A program made the position numbers and the translations under genes. The notes under the pieces were generated by a model. The model was not told where the DNA came from and did no database searches. It was given only the letters and a program-made list of their open reading frames with translations. This document shows positions 37,201 to 49,800 of a DNA stretch of 64,000 nt, one piece after another. Position 1 is the first letter of the stretch. Each line of letters begins with the position of its first letter. Origin of the DNA: Mytilus californianus (lineage: Eukaryota); contig NW_026262668.1 in NCBI RefSeq assembly GCF_021869535.1, positions 108,438,001 through 108,502,000 of the forward strand, in the 5' to 3' direction.

Positions 37201-40200
37201 TGTTGTATAATTTTGTTGTATAATTTGTAATATATATTTATGAAGTATTTTTGTTTCTATGGTATTAAGCAGTAGTATAAAGAAATAAAACCCATGTCTT
37301 CCTTAAAGATATATTACTTTCTGTGAACTTACTACCAAATTTCTTTGAAATCAAGGTTGACGATAAATACAGAATTATAAAAACCTTTCCGTATACCTGT
37401 TAGATTTCTGTATGTAAAGTGCAGCTTTAAAGCACATGCACTTGTCTCTGTAAAACTTAACTAAAGGTATAAGGTATATGTTTGTACAGAGACAAGTTCT
37501 TGTGCCTTACAGTTAGGAACAATAATAAAATATGTTTTCATCGCATTTTTAATATGATAACATATTTAAATTCTAACTTTTGACAGGACTATAGGGTCTG
37601 AAATTAAAAGTGAACATAATCATTATTAAAAAGGGAGACTATTCTTATGTTCAATTTGTATGGTCGAAAACAAACCACTGTTCCAGGTTAGGGGAAAAGG
37701 GGGGGGGGGGGGTGGGCGTCCGCAAACATGTTTAACCCGCGTTCCAGGTTAGGGGAGGGGGAGGGTTGGGCGCTCGTAAACATGTTTAACCCCGCCAAAT
37801 TCTGTATGTGCCTGTCCCAAGTCAGGAGCCTGTAATTCAGTGGTTGTCGTATGTTGCTGTATATCATATTTGTTTTTCGTTCATTGTTTTGTACATAAAT
37901 CAGGCCGTTAGTTTTGTCGTTTGAATTGTTTTACATTTGTCATTTCGAGTCCTTTTATAGCTGTCTATGTGGTATGGGTTTTGCTCATTGTTGAAGGCCG
38001 TACGGTTACCTATAGTTGTTAACTTCTATGTCATTTGGTTTTTGGTGGAGAGTTGTTTCATTGGAAATCATACCACATCTTCTTATTTTTATACAATCTG
38101 TCATTATAGTCAGTTCAAAGTTTTCTGTTAAATATGAATCTAAGTGGAAGAACTGGGAAGAAAATAAGCTACGATGATAACAAAAAAGTATAAACACTAT
38201 CCCCAATTTTTTTTAAGGCTAAAAATTGTTGAATCTATAAATGGGAGTTACAAATGGAAAAGTAGTTCATATTATACATAAAATATGTCCACTTTATTTT
38301 TGTCTAACTTGGGTTGTATTGCTCTGGTGCCATTTATTTCGATATATAATTATACAAAAATAGTTTTGTATAAATATATATAAATTTAAACAGACCAGTA
38401 GTGACATTTTGTAGTCAAAATACTTCGCAGTTCCAAATTGAAATTTCTCACCTCCAAGTTGTAATTTCTCAGGACTTCGACATTTCTCAATTCCGAATTG
38501 ACATTTCTCGGTACATGACATTCCTCATCAGTACTTGACATTTTCAGTGCCTAGTTAACATTTTTCAGTGCTCGACATTTCTCAGTTCCAAGTTGACATG
38601 CCATTGCCAGGCCCGCTAAGCTGACATTTCTGAGTAGATAACGTTTCAAAGTTCCATGTTGACATTTCTCAGTACATGATATTTCTTCGTTCCAAGTTGA
38701 CATTTCTCAGTTCCAAGTTGACATTTCTCAGTTCCAAGTTGACATTTTTTAGTTCTAAGTTGACATTTTTTAGTTCTAAGTTAACATTTTTTAGTTTTAA
38801 TTTGACATTTTTTAGTATCAAGTTGACATTTTTAAGTACATGATTTTTTTTTTTCCAAGTTTACACTTCTCAGTTCCAAGTTGACTAATGAAAAGTACTT
38901 CAGAAAGTCGTAAAGTGCATTTTAACAAGTATAATAGGTTTTATTTTCATGTCATTATAGATAAGGTAATGGGACTAAACTTACAAAATTGTAATCCCTA
39001 ATTTTATACATTTACATAATCTTGTTCTAAAATTTGCTTTCTGACACCGTAAAATTTTAATTGTTGTTCATACTGTATTCTCAGAAAACTTGGAAACAGT
39101 TTTAACTGGACTAGGATTCCGTGTAGTAAGGAAAGATAACCTGAAAAAATGGGAAATGGAACATGAAATAAAGACCATCGCTCGTGCTGATCATAAAGCC
39201 TTTGACTGTTTTCTACTTATTTTGTCCAGCCATGGAAATTTAGGGAAATTATATGGTAGTGACGGGCAACAAGTTATGATGAGTCAGCAGTTAAAGTTGT
39301 TTAAAACAGAAGCGTGCAAAGACCTGAAAGGCAAACCAAAACTGTGTTTCTTTCAGGCCTGTCCTGTTGGCGAAGAAGATGGTAGGTTTTATATCAAGTC
39401 TATCCTGTAAATAGTTAAATATTATTGCATTTATACGGTAATATTATCAACATACTTTATTATTAAGCTATATCTCTTTCAAGTCTGTTCATAATTCCCG
39501 ATCCACATGGAGAAATTTAACTTTAAGTGCTGTTGGCTAAACAGTTATGGTAATTATATATTTCAACAAATCGAAATTCCTTCTGCAAAAATAATTTGTA
39601 CTTGAATAAAAAAATAACAGTGTCTACGAAAGGTAACATTTAATCAAAATATGCCCTCATAGTACTTGTAGTTGCAGACACAGCAGCTCTGGCAATGGAA
39701 GGAACAAATAAAGGGAAAAAGAATATTTCCGACGAGAAACCCAAGTTTTTGATTAACGACGTTGATTTTCTGGTGGGATACTCTTCTCTACCTGGATCTG
39801 TTAGTTACCGTTCCGAACAATCCTCATCATTTTACCTCAACTCACTCTACAAAAATCTCAAAGACAAAGGCGAGGCGTAAGTAGAAGTGTTGTCATCATG
39901 ATAGCTGTAACTGTCAATTGTATTACAATTATTAGATAAATTTTCTGAAAAAGAAATATCAGATTTGATCTTTTACGTTGACTTTATAGGATAATTAAAC
40001 GTATTGAAACACAACTATTTAACTGAGTACTAAGACACATATTATTTACCTCATTATACCTCATACCACATCCGCTTATTCATACACAAGAGAAATGTGA
40101 CATTTGTTAGAAATCTAAGATAGCCAAACATATTCTTAACTAATTCTGTTTTCTGTAATATACCATTGTATAAGTGGTAATTCAAAATCTGACTGATTTA

Positions 40201-40339
40201 TTTTAGGTATGATCTTGTTACTATTTTGGAAGATGTTAACCGTGAACTCACTGCTAAGAAAGCTAAGTACAGAGCTGGCGATGTTAATGCTGTATCAACT
40301 TTTGTGTCATGTCTACGAGGACCAATATTTTTCCAATAA
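34299..40339 (+). CDS. Gene 3: caspase with intact His/Cys dyad and unrecognised prodomain, ~377 aa
   Basis: Exons 34299-34404, 35861-36154, 36364-36462, 39085-39381, 39672 (or 39678)-39876, 40207-40339. Motifs YKMDAKPRGYALIISN, KRPGADTD, LSSHG (His 39231), KPKLCFFQACPV (Cys 39360), DFLVGYSSLPGSVSYR, LRGPIFF*. Confidence 0.9.
34433..35080 (-). mobile_element. hAT-family transposon remnant (terminal region plus transposase fragment) in the first coding intron of gene 3
   Basis: ORF 34667-35041: DLLPLSTVESQKF...PKFQILSRKHL...LTAVIWSNR resembles the hAT region after the BED finger; terminus CAGGCATGGGGCGAATTACATTG followed by attac-rich subterminal repeats. Confidence 0.75.
35490..35830 (-). 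mobile_element. Penelope-like element C-terminal fragment
   Basis: Reverse strand of gataggaaacgaaagctctggaatatcgtat encodes an RYSRA..S..DFLDRG..LT.KLL-type segment; same family as 16590-16975. Confidence 0.75.
38440..38886. repeat. Minisatellite, ~20-21 bp unit TTGACATTTCTCAGTTCCAAG
   Basis: About 20 degenerate tandem copies, in the intron between the two p20 exons of gene 3. Confidence 0.9.
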
Positions 40340-43300
40340 TATCTATGTACAAAAGATTGTCAAAATACAATTTAATTACACGTTTGCTTTAATGCCACAC
40401 ATGATTATGAATGATTGTATTTACTACCAAACATGATTAACGGTCCTCTGTTGCTTCAATTAATATAATAGTGGGGAACTAAATATATTACAAAGAAGAC
40501 TAAACATACTAAAGAAAGGTAACGTCGCAAGTGACCTGTTTTAAGGTTGATTACTGACTTTACTCAATATTTTTTTACGATTGACCATAATATTAATTAG
40601 CAATCTCCTACAGGTTAATATTGTTTTGAGATTCTGTGAAATAATATATAGTTAAATAGATCATTATCATTCATGACCTATTTGTTGCTGTATGCTAATA
40701 AACTTACAAACAATAATTATTAAAATCAGACAGCATACTAGGAACATTTTGAATAAAATGGGTACGAAGCAAAAATTTCTAGGAAAACAAGAGGCGGAAG
40801 ATATGATATATAAGGGACATTAAAAACTCATAAGTCGAAGAGAAACTGACAATGCCATGGCAAAACGACAGACGACGAAAAGGCAAACACGTCCACAAAA
40901 CACTGCATAGAAAACTAAAAACTGAGCAACACGAACCCCAATAAAAACTGGTGATCTCAGGTGCTCCAGAACGGTAAGCAGATCTTGAGCCACTAATGGC
41001 ACTAGAGGCAGGGTTTTTATGGTTGATTTTCTGATAGATTTACTGACAAATATGCTTGTAATTTGTATGTTTTTTACCAATCATCTTATCTTTGATACAT
41101 TTCAAACAATTTAAAAGGGTTAGGCAAGGACTTTTTCTTAATAAATATCAGTCTTCAAGTTAATATTTCGAATTTGATTGATACATGTATATAAATATAG
41201 GGTCTAAAAATCAAGAATCAACATTCAATCTGTCTTGGCGTGGATCAGCTTGAAAATAATCTGATTCAGTTACTAAATTGAATTATATAAAAACTTGAGA
41301 ATGTAACGTCAACAATGAGTGTAATAAAAAATAGTTGTTACAATTTACAGATTCACGCAATATTTAGCTATGTAAATTACCGACCGTGCGAGGGCTGTAT
41401 AGCCAGTCAAGGTCGTTAAAAACTCCCATCATCATATGTAAATTGTATGATGTTCAAGATTAATTCCTTTGGTTTATGATGAAACGGTTTTCGTCTATTT
41501 TATCGAATCTATCAAGTTAAAAGAATTTAGCTGGTACATTCGAAATCATGCCCTACCCCTCTGTTTTCTACCTTGTGTGTCCAAATTATGGTTAGCCTCT
41601 ATTATTTGAAAGGTGTTATTTTCAAAAGAATGTCCTGTTCGTAAGAGGTGTCTCGTGATTGGACAGTTTCTTCCTTTGGAATAAAATTACTGGACCGGTG
41701 ATTATTTAGTCTGATTATTTATTAGTTTTATATGTTACTGTTATGGCACTGTAACATTACTACTGATTGATTAAAAAAAACAAATAGATAGACTAAAGCA
41801 AAAAATTATACTGATGGGGAAATAGTGTTTTACTTTATCGAAAGTGACCTCTTTTTCATACATTAAAAGTCGTCTTTAAAAAACGAACGGTCAATGTTAC
41901 AGTCCGAGTTTTATTTAGCCTAAACCAAAGTTATTACTGTAAAGTTTTCCGGTCACCATCACAATTTGGCCTATTTGTATCCGATGAATGTGAAAATGTC
42001 CATATACTAGTATTGTGTATCTTTCATTACCGATTTCGACACTTATTGAATTATAGTTAGCTCATTACTGATATTAACCAATGATCAATATGCTATAATT
42101 GTCTTGGAGCGAAAAAAAAATATATGACCCTTCTGAAGCACTCTTTTTTTTATGAGAATTAGAAGTGTCCGAGGAATTTTATATTTTCTGTTCGTATACA
42201 TATTTTTGTTTCCTATGTGCACATATCGTGTTAATTTTGATTCATTGCTTGAACTGTTTATTTGGACTGCTGATGCCTGATTTTCCTTTTTTGACTAAGT
42301 AGGTTCAGTATCTTCTTGCAGAGAGATCATTCGAGATTTAAAATCAATATCTCTAACAGCCAACCCTCTTAAGGAGCACCTGAATCCACCTCGGGTCTCT
42401 AGCGGGTTTTTGTTGCTCAATCTATAGTTTTCTGTGTATTTTTTTGTAGATTGAATTTTTCTATTCGTCTGTTTTCTTTTGACTTTAAAGATTTCAGTGA
42501 ATCTTTCAATTATTTTAGTGATTTTCAAGTTTTAAAGACCTTTGACATACTATTCAATAATGTTACCTCAAATTAATATAATTTTGTAAACTTTTATTGT
42601 TTGTCCAAATGAGACAGATACATTAAAACCTTTTCTTTTATTTTCAAAATATATTTGTTGGTTATCCTATGTTTACTTGTTCTTGGAAAGAAGCAGTATA
42701 TTAATCAATATTATTTTAATTCTTAGTGTTTTATTATAATGTTTTCAGATAATACCACTACTGGCATCATAAAAACTATAAATACGTTTTAGAACGATTA
42801 AAAATCTGTTGACAAATTTGATTCATTCTACTTAGTATCTTTAATAAAGCTTTTATGTAACACACTTCTGATAAACAAGCATCAACCGAATATAAAATTT
42901 CTGTACTCAATATTCTCGAATAGCTGACCTTTCTCCTTCTTACAAACAATATTTTGATGTTATCATTGTCATGTCACCTAGTCTTCCGCGACTAATATAT
43001 TGATTAAAAAAAGATGGATGAACGACATGGTTTTGCTTTTAATTTGTTTTTGGCTTATAAATTATTTACAAATATAGAAATTACTTGTGGCGAAAGGAGT
43101 ATCTGTTAAAAAATTAATAACTTCGAATCATTAAAACAAGATCGTATCAGATAAACTTAAGTAATAACAGAAATTTATTTTATCCCAAGTTATCGAAGCG
43201 TGTCACATTGAACAAAAAAAAGTATTTAAAAAGGTCTCTAGATGCCTTTTTATTTGATTATCGTGTTGGGTTATTATCTCATTGACGTTCCTCAAACCCC

Positions 43301-43896
43301 CTTTTTGTCTTACACGTACACGTAAAAAGCAAGTTGAAATCTTTAAATAATCAATCTAAACTAAGAAAAATTTGAATAAGTTTTATAACATGCGAGAGAA
43401 GAACAAGTTTGGAGTACTCTGATATCCCCCACTATAAAAATAATGTAAGAAATATATCATGTTTATAATTACATTTTTATTTAACTATGATAACTTTGCT
43501 ATGTCCGTAATACGCTGACATTGCATTTCTACAAGTAGTACACATTTAATAATATGTTCAATTTTTGTATTGAAAAATCTAAATTTTAATGTCAAAGGGT
43601 ATTTTTAAAACGCTTACAGTTGCACACTTGGGACCAATATAATCAACGTCCCGCCTTGAAGATTTCATACAATATTAAGTTTTACAAATAAAATCAGTCT
43701 GTGTAGTCCACGGGAATATTACTTATCAATTAACTCTTAAGTTAATTATGTATAAGCTAAATAGACAAAAGCAAATATTTCAAACTTAACATGACAACGA
43801 TAAACTCGTTTGTTAATTATATTCTTTGGCGACTAATGCATTTTTCATTAAGCAAGTTAATGCACACAGACTTGGATTAAACTTTCGAAAAACAAG

Positions 43897-46800
43897 ATGA
43901 AACCGTCGCAACAGAAAAATGATTCTACCAAAGCGGTAAGTCTTTCATATTTCTGACTTATTATACTATGGAGGTTTTATATGATAAATGAGACAGTTAG
44001 AACAAATAAAACAGAAATGAAATCTATAATTTAAATGATCAATTGTTTGAATGTTCCTGGCTGTACTAAATTAAAGAAGTTAACTAATAAGCAATGCTTT
44101 TCTATTTGTAAGTTATTCAAAATGTATTGTTTGTTTTTCCTCACATCGTCATGGCTCATATTTGGTACACTTAAAAATTTTCTGAATTTTTGTCAGACCT
44201 GAAACTGGCAGAAACAATCGATCATAAATACAAACGAAGCAGTTTGTGAATGACCGACAAAAATCTGCCTTCTTACAGTCATTTCATATAATGTCTAGAT
44301 ACAATGTTGTCTACTCTATGGTCGGGTTGTTGTCTCTTTGACACATTCCCCATTTCCATTCTCAATTTTACAATGGATAAAAGTTGGTTCGTTAAAAAGA
44401 AACTACGAACCCGGAGGGTGAGTGGTAGCTATAAAATATAGTACCGGGTATATCAAACCTGCATATAAGACTTTACAGAGACAACAGAGACAAGCATGAT
44501 TACATTACAAAGTACCGATATACCAAGACAATGCAAGTGTATTATAGGGGAATTGTTATCAACTGCCATTTAAGTAGCAGTTCTGGTTAGAATAAGACTA
44601 CGCAAATTTGTATCCTGATTATGCTTCGTTTCAGTGATAATGACAATTACGAATTTCTCTGAAGTAGAGATATGGCAAATTAATGATAATAGATTACGGT
44701 AATATAATGTAAAATATCAATGAGATTTTTTCATGGAATTACGCTTTAAATGAATATAAATTTTAAACTGAATACGACTTACTCTTTCTTAGGAGTAGCA
44801 TTGGTTATGTGTAAAATTATCATTTACTTAAGCTGCTGATATATTTGCTTTGTAGAAATATAGCCTATGAATTTCAAACTAATGTTATGTCACTTAAGGC
44901 AGTATAAATACCCTTCAACGTCTAGTCTGTGTTTTTGTTAGATGCTTTTTCTGCTTAGTATCGATCTGATGAGTTAAGCCCTTTTCAACTGATTTATATA
45001 GTTTGTTCTTATGTTGTGTTGTAACACCACTGTCCCAGGTTGGTTGGGGGGGGGGGGGGGGGGGGGAGGGGTTGTGCGCTCACAAACATTTCTAACACCG
45101 CCACATTCTTTGTGTGCCTGTCCCAAGCCAGGAGCCTGTAGTTAAGTGGTTGTCGTTGGTTCACGTCCGGCATATTTGTTTTTTTCGTAAATTGTTTTGT
45201 TATAAATTAGGCCGTTAGCTTTCTCAATTGAATTGTTTCATATTTTTCATGTTGGGGCCTTTTACAGCCGACTATATGGCATGGGTTTTTCTCATTGTTG
45301 AAGGTTGTACGGTTGCCTATAATTGCTTACATACACTTCATTTGAACTTTGGTGAATAGTAGTCTCATTGGCAATCATACCACATCTCCTTATTTTTATA
45401 TGAAGCTGGAAATTGTTTTATAATAAGGAAACATATACATTTTATCATTTACTTTTCATCTTAGCAATTTACTTTTCTTTTTAGTTCCGCATTTCAGCAC
45501 GTTAAACTGAGATGACTTCTTGTCGTCAGCTATGGGATGTCAAAATTAATTATGATAAAGCATAATAAACATATACTTGATTGGTTTTTTTTTATAAATG
45601 ATAATTCAGTAGTTACATATGTAGGATACCAATGTAAAGTCGGACCAGAGACGGAAAAAAATAACCAACCCATCTGCCAACCAGATAGGTATGTATTCTA
45701 TTTTACAAATTCTCTTTATCATATGCAAGATTTTTTTGCTTCTTTGCTCTCTTCATCCATTTCTGGAATCCAAAAGACAATCCAGTTGTTTTCTCGTGAT
45801 TTTCTTTCATTTATTTCTTCGAAAACGTCGTATACTGTCCCCTTTTTACTTTTCGAGCCGGTTTTGTTTATTTAATTTGAAAATTTGAAACGAACACTAG
45901 TTCATAGTATTGTCCATTTAAAGTTTGGAAGTTAACTAAAGCTTGATCTGGGACAATCGACATCAAATTTAATTTTCAAGTTAAGGTATCAGTGATTTTC
46001 ATATTTGTATATGTGTTTTTTGTTTGTTTTTTGTTTTACTTTTAAAATCGAGTGTACCAAAAATACAGATACCCGTATCATATGCAGGAATTGCGTATTC
46101 GATTGTTTTATTTATTAATGTAAATTAAATTACAAAAAAAGATATACAATAAGCTCGATCTATGACCCAAATTCTGACCATTAGGGACTCGGATTATCAT
46201 TATTTATATATAGATACGAAGTATACAAAAGCCAGCCTTTATTTCTTTGTTCTTGTTTTCTCTGTTGGTTATATATTTTCTTTTCGATAAATGTTTAACC
46301 CAAAAAATCCTATATAGTTTAAACAACTACTTTATATACACATTTAAGGTCAATGTACGGTAAACTGGCTGTTTCACAAATTTTGCATACAACTTTGGCA
46401 AGTTGAACTATAACTGTAACTGGAAATGCATTTATCTCTTTTATCTGTTTAATATTCTGAAATATTATGGAAGTTCATTCAAAATAGATGTACCTTTGTA
46501 AAGAAAGCTTATAAAATCGACGAAAAACGTTCTTAAATTTGTCTTAAAATCATCAAATCTCCAATTACCAATGCATAGATTTTTCTAAAAAAAAATGATA
46601 TGCTGTTTTCAGAGACCACTTATAAAAGGGAGAGGAAAAAAAGTGGTCTCATAGGACAGGAGGTCTTTTAATACATTTTCAATCAATATGAAATGCACTA
46701 CATACGGATCTAAAATTAATGATCTTATGATGGCAGGTTTGGCTGAACTTGAATTTCCGTTTTAACGATTTGCATCAGTCAAAGAGGTATTCCAGGTGAA

Positions 46801-49800
46801 AAAATACCACAGAACGTCGAAGTAACCGTAACGTCATCGTGTTGTACAATGTTAGCTGCAAAACGTCGATTTTTGACGTTTTTCACTACCAACTACCAAA
46901 CTGTAACAGATTGGTTTATATATCAAAAACGAGGTCTCTGACCCTATCATTCTTTTCTAACTATTAAACAGAAATTTATTTATCAACAAACATCTTATGA
47001 AGTGGAAATTGCAGGTTTATGATTTTATGACAAATTAAAGAACGTTTTCGCCAATTATGTGTGCCTAATTTGAAATATAATATATTTATAAATCAACTGT
47101 TCGAATGAATGTACCTAGGACTAAATTAATGCTAGTGTAGTATTCCCAGCAAATTTAAATATCTCATCGACAGCTTGCTAAACAAAACAAACCGCAAGAA
47201 CAAAAAATGGTGGAAGAAAAAAAAAACATATTAAACAGCTTGAACAAATACTTTTAGGTCTTTCCACGGAAAAGTGGAATAACCTAATGATAATTACAAC
47301 AACATCAAAATGTCTTTCCACAGAAAGGTCTAAATACCTTATGATTATAGTCCGAGTCTGTTATGATCAGAGTTTGTCATAGGCTGAGATTGTTATAGGC
47401 TGTGATCATGATATAACGAGTAGCCAGCAACGCCTTTAAGTGTTAATATATATTCACATTATCTTCTCTAACCATTTTTTCGGACAAACTCAATTGTCTT
47501 TTCATAGAAAGTTTATTTTTATACCACACAATTTTTTTTTTAACATTTTTGTTCTTATGTCAACAGTTTCGTTCTTGCTATTAATACTGTGTAATTTTTG
47601 CCGGAGTTCCCACTCATATATATAGATACATATACCGACATTGATTTTTTAGAACATAATTATATTGAAGTTAAGCACTTTAGTTAAGCTTTTTATCAAT
47701 ATCACATATTTAGCACATATCTCAGTTTCTTATTTCTGCTGCAAGGCGCAAAAAAGCGTATAACTGTCATGTTTTGCTAGGTGGTAAAGAAAAGCATTAT
47801 TGTATTTTACTTTGTATAAAGCATTAAAATGATGTACTTCAGAATGTTCTTCGAATCTATCGTTTTCAATCTTTATCAAACATAGCAATAAACTCATAAA
47901 ATCACGAACCATTACATTCTGCTTAAAGATGGATGTGTTTTGTCATTTGCAATAAAGCTACTCTCTCGATTACCGAGTTCACCACTGTAAATTATAGAAT
48001 GAAGTAATAGACTCTATATTTATTATATCTGAGTAACTTTTGTGCTTTCTTTCCATCAGAGTTTCTAGTGGGAGTATATGATTCCATTCTATTCGGTATG
48101 GTTAATGACAAGAAACTTGTTTGTTGTTGATGGTATACCTTAATAAACAGACGGGAACAGGGTTTATATAATTATATATTACATATGGTGTAGCATTCTT
48201 CTTTTTTCAATGGTTATTATGATCACGTAATTCAAAGGGTATTCCATGTACCTGCAGCCTTGTTTCTATTTTCAAGTGTATGGACGCTATGTTTCTATTT
48301 AAATATATATTGACGATCAATATTAAATATCTCGCAAAATACAATGTAAAATACACAGAAAGAACATTGACGTCCATTTCCGTAATACACTATTTAAGTA
48401 TGTAATATATAAACTAAGGACTTTCACTCAGTCAATACGTTATATACGGACCTGGGGCCAGTATCATGAAGCAATCTTACTGCTTAAGATCATCTTAAGA
48501 TCATCTTATCTACTAAGAGTGTATCTTGAAGTAATCTTAGAATGATTGACAGCCCTTAAAATTCATGTTGCACTCTTAACCCTAAGAGTACTCTTTATCC
48601 CTCTCGGAACACTCTCTTAGTTTTAATCTTAACGACTGGGTATCTCAAACGTCGATAACCAACTTAAGATCGTCTTTGATTACTCTTAGCACATTTTAAG
48701 TGTATCAGCAATCTTTTTTCACTGAAAACTTAACAGAAATTTCTAAGAGTGGTCAGGGGCACCCCTATCTCTCTCTTAGTTGATAAAATTGCGCTTGCAA
48801 TGTTCTTGCATGTGCGTTCAAGAGAACAAAATAGGATATCCAGAAGGATCTTTAGAGATCGAACAAATCCATTGGAGTGGATGTAAACAATTATAGGCAA
48901 GCGTACGGCCTTCATTGAGAAAAACCCATACCGTTTAATTGGCTATACAAGGCCCAGACATGAACAATATGAAACTATTCAATTGAGAGAACTAACGGCC
49001 TAATTCATAACAAAACAATTTACGAAAAATCATATATGAGACATGTACCAACGACAACCATAGGAGCAAAAAACGACAACCACTCAATAACAGACTTTGG
49101 ACCGAGCTTTGGACAGGCACATATAGGATAATATAGAATGTGACGGGGTTAAACATGTTTGTAGGCGCCAACCCTCCCCTAACATGTGACAGTGATGTAA
49201 CAGTTCAACATAAGAACAAACAATAGAAACAAGTATTGAATATAAAAGTATGTTTTTCGAGCGTTCTATTAAACGCACAGATGACTTTTGCCGTGAATTC
49301 TAATATTCTCCTAAAAAATCAAAGACGGTCACTTCGGAAAAGTCGATAAGAGTACTATCTTAACTCGCAGTCGTAAGTGTATACTAAGATAGCCGGTAAA
49401 TTGTTGAGAGTATCCCACGAGGGGATTGGAGATGCGCTCTTAGCACCATCGTAACTTTCTCGTAAAGCGTTCGTAAGTTTCCTCTTTAATGAAGCTTAAG
49501 ATAGGATTTCATGATACTGGCCCCTGGGGCCGGTAACAAGAAGCTCTCTTAACACTTAAGATCACCTTTAAAGTTATTAATAAGACTGTCTTAGTGACTA
49601 AGAGTCTAACAAAAAGCAATCTTATATTAATCTTAGAATGATTGACAGCCCTTAAGACTTTCGAATTTCTTACGGATTTAAGGGAATTCTTTGCCTTCCC
49701 TTATCATAAACTTATCAATTCGGGTAACTCAAAAAGATCTTAATTTTCTTGTCTTTTAGTAAGAACTCTTTGCATCAACTTAAGCATTTACGAGCGTAAC

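Noticed and set aside
38440-38886. Possible CRISPR-like arrays (also 55190-56260)
   Set aside because: They are head-to-tail tandem units with no unique spacers, in a eukaryotic intron, with no cas genes.
44960-45000. CTGATGAG motif as another hammerhead
   Set aside because: No downstream GAAA core or stems at the right spacing.
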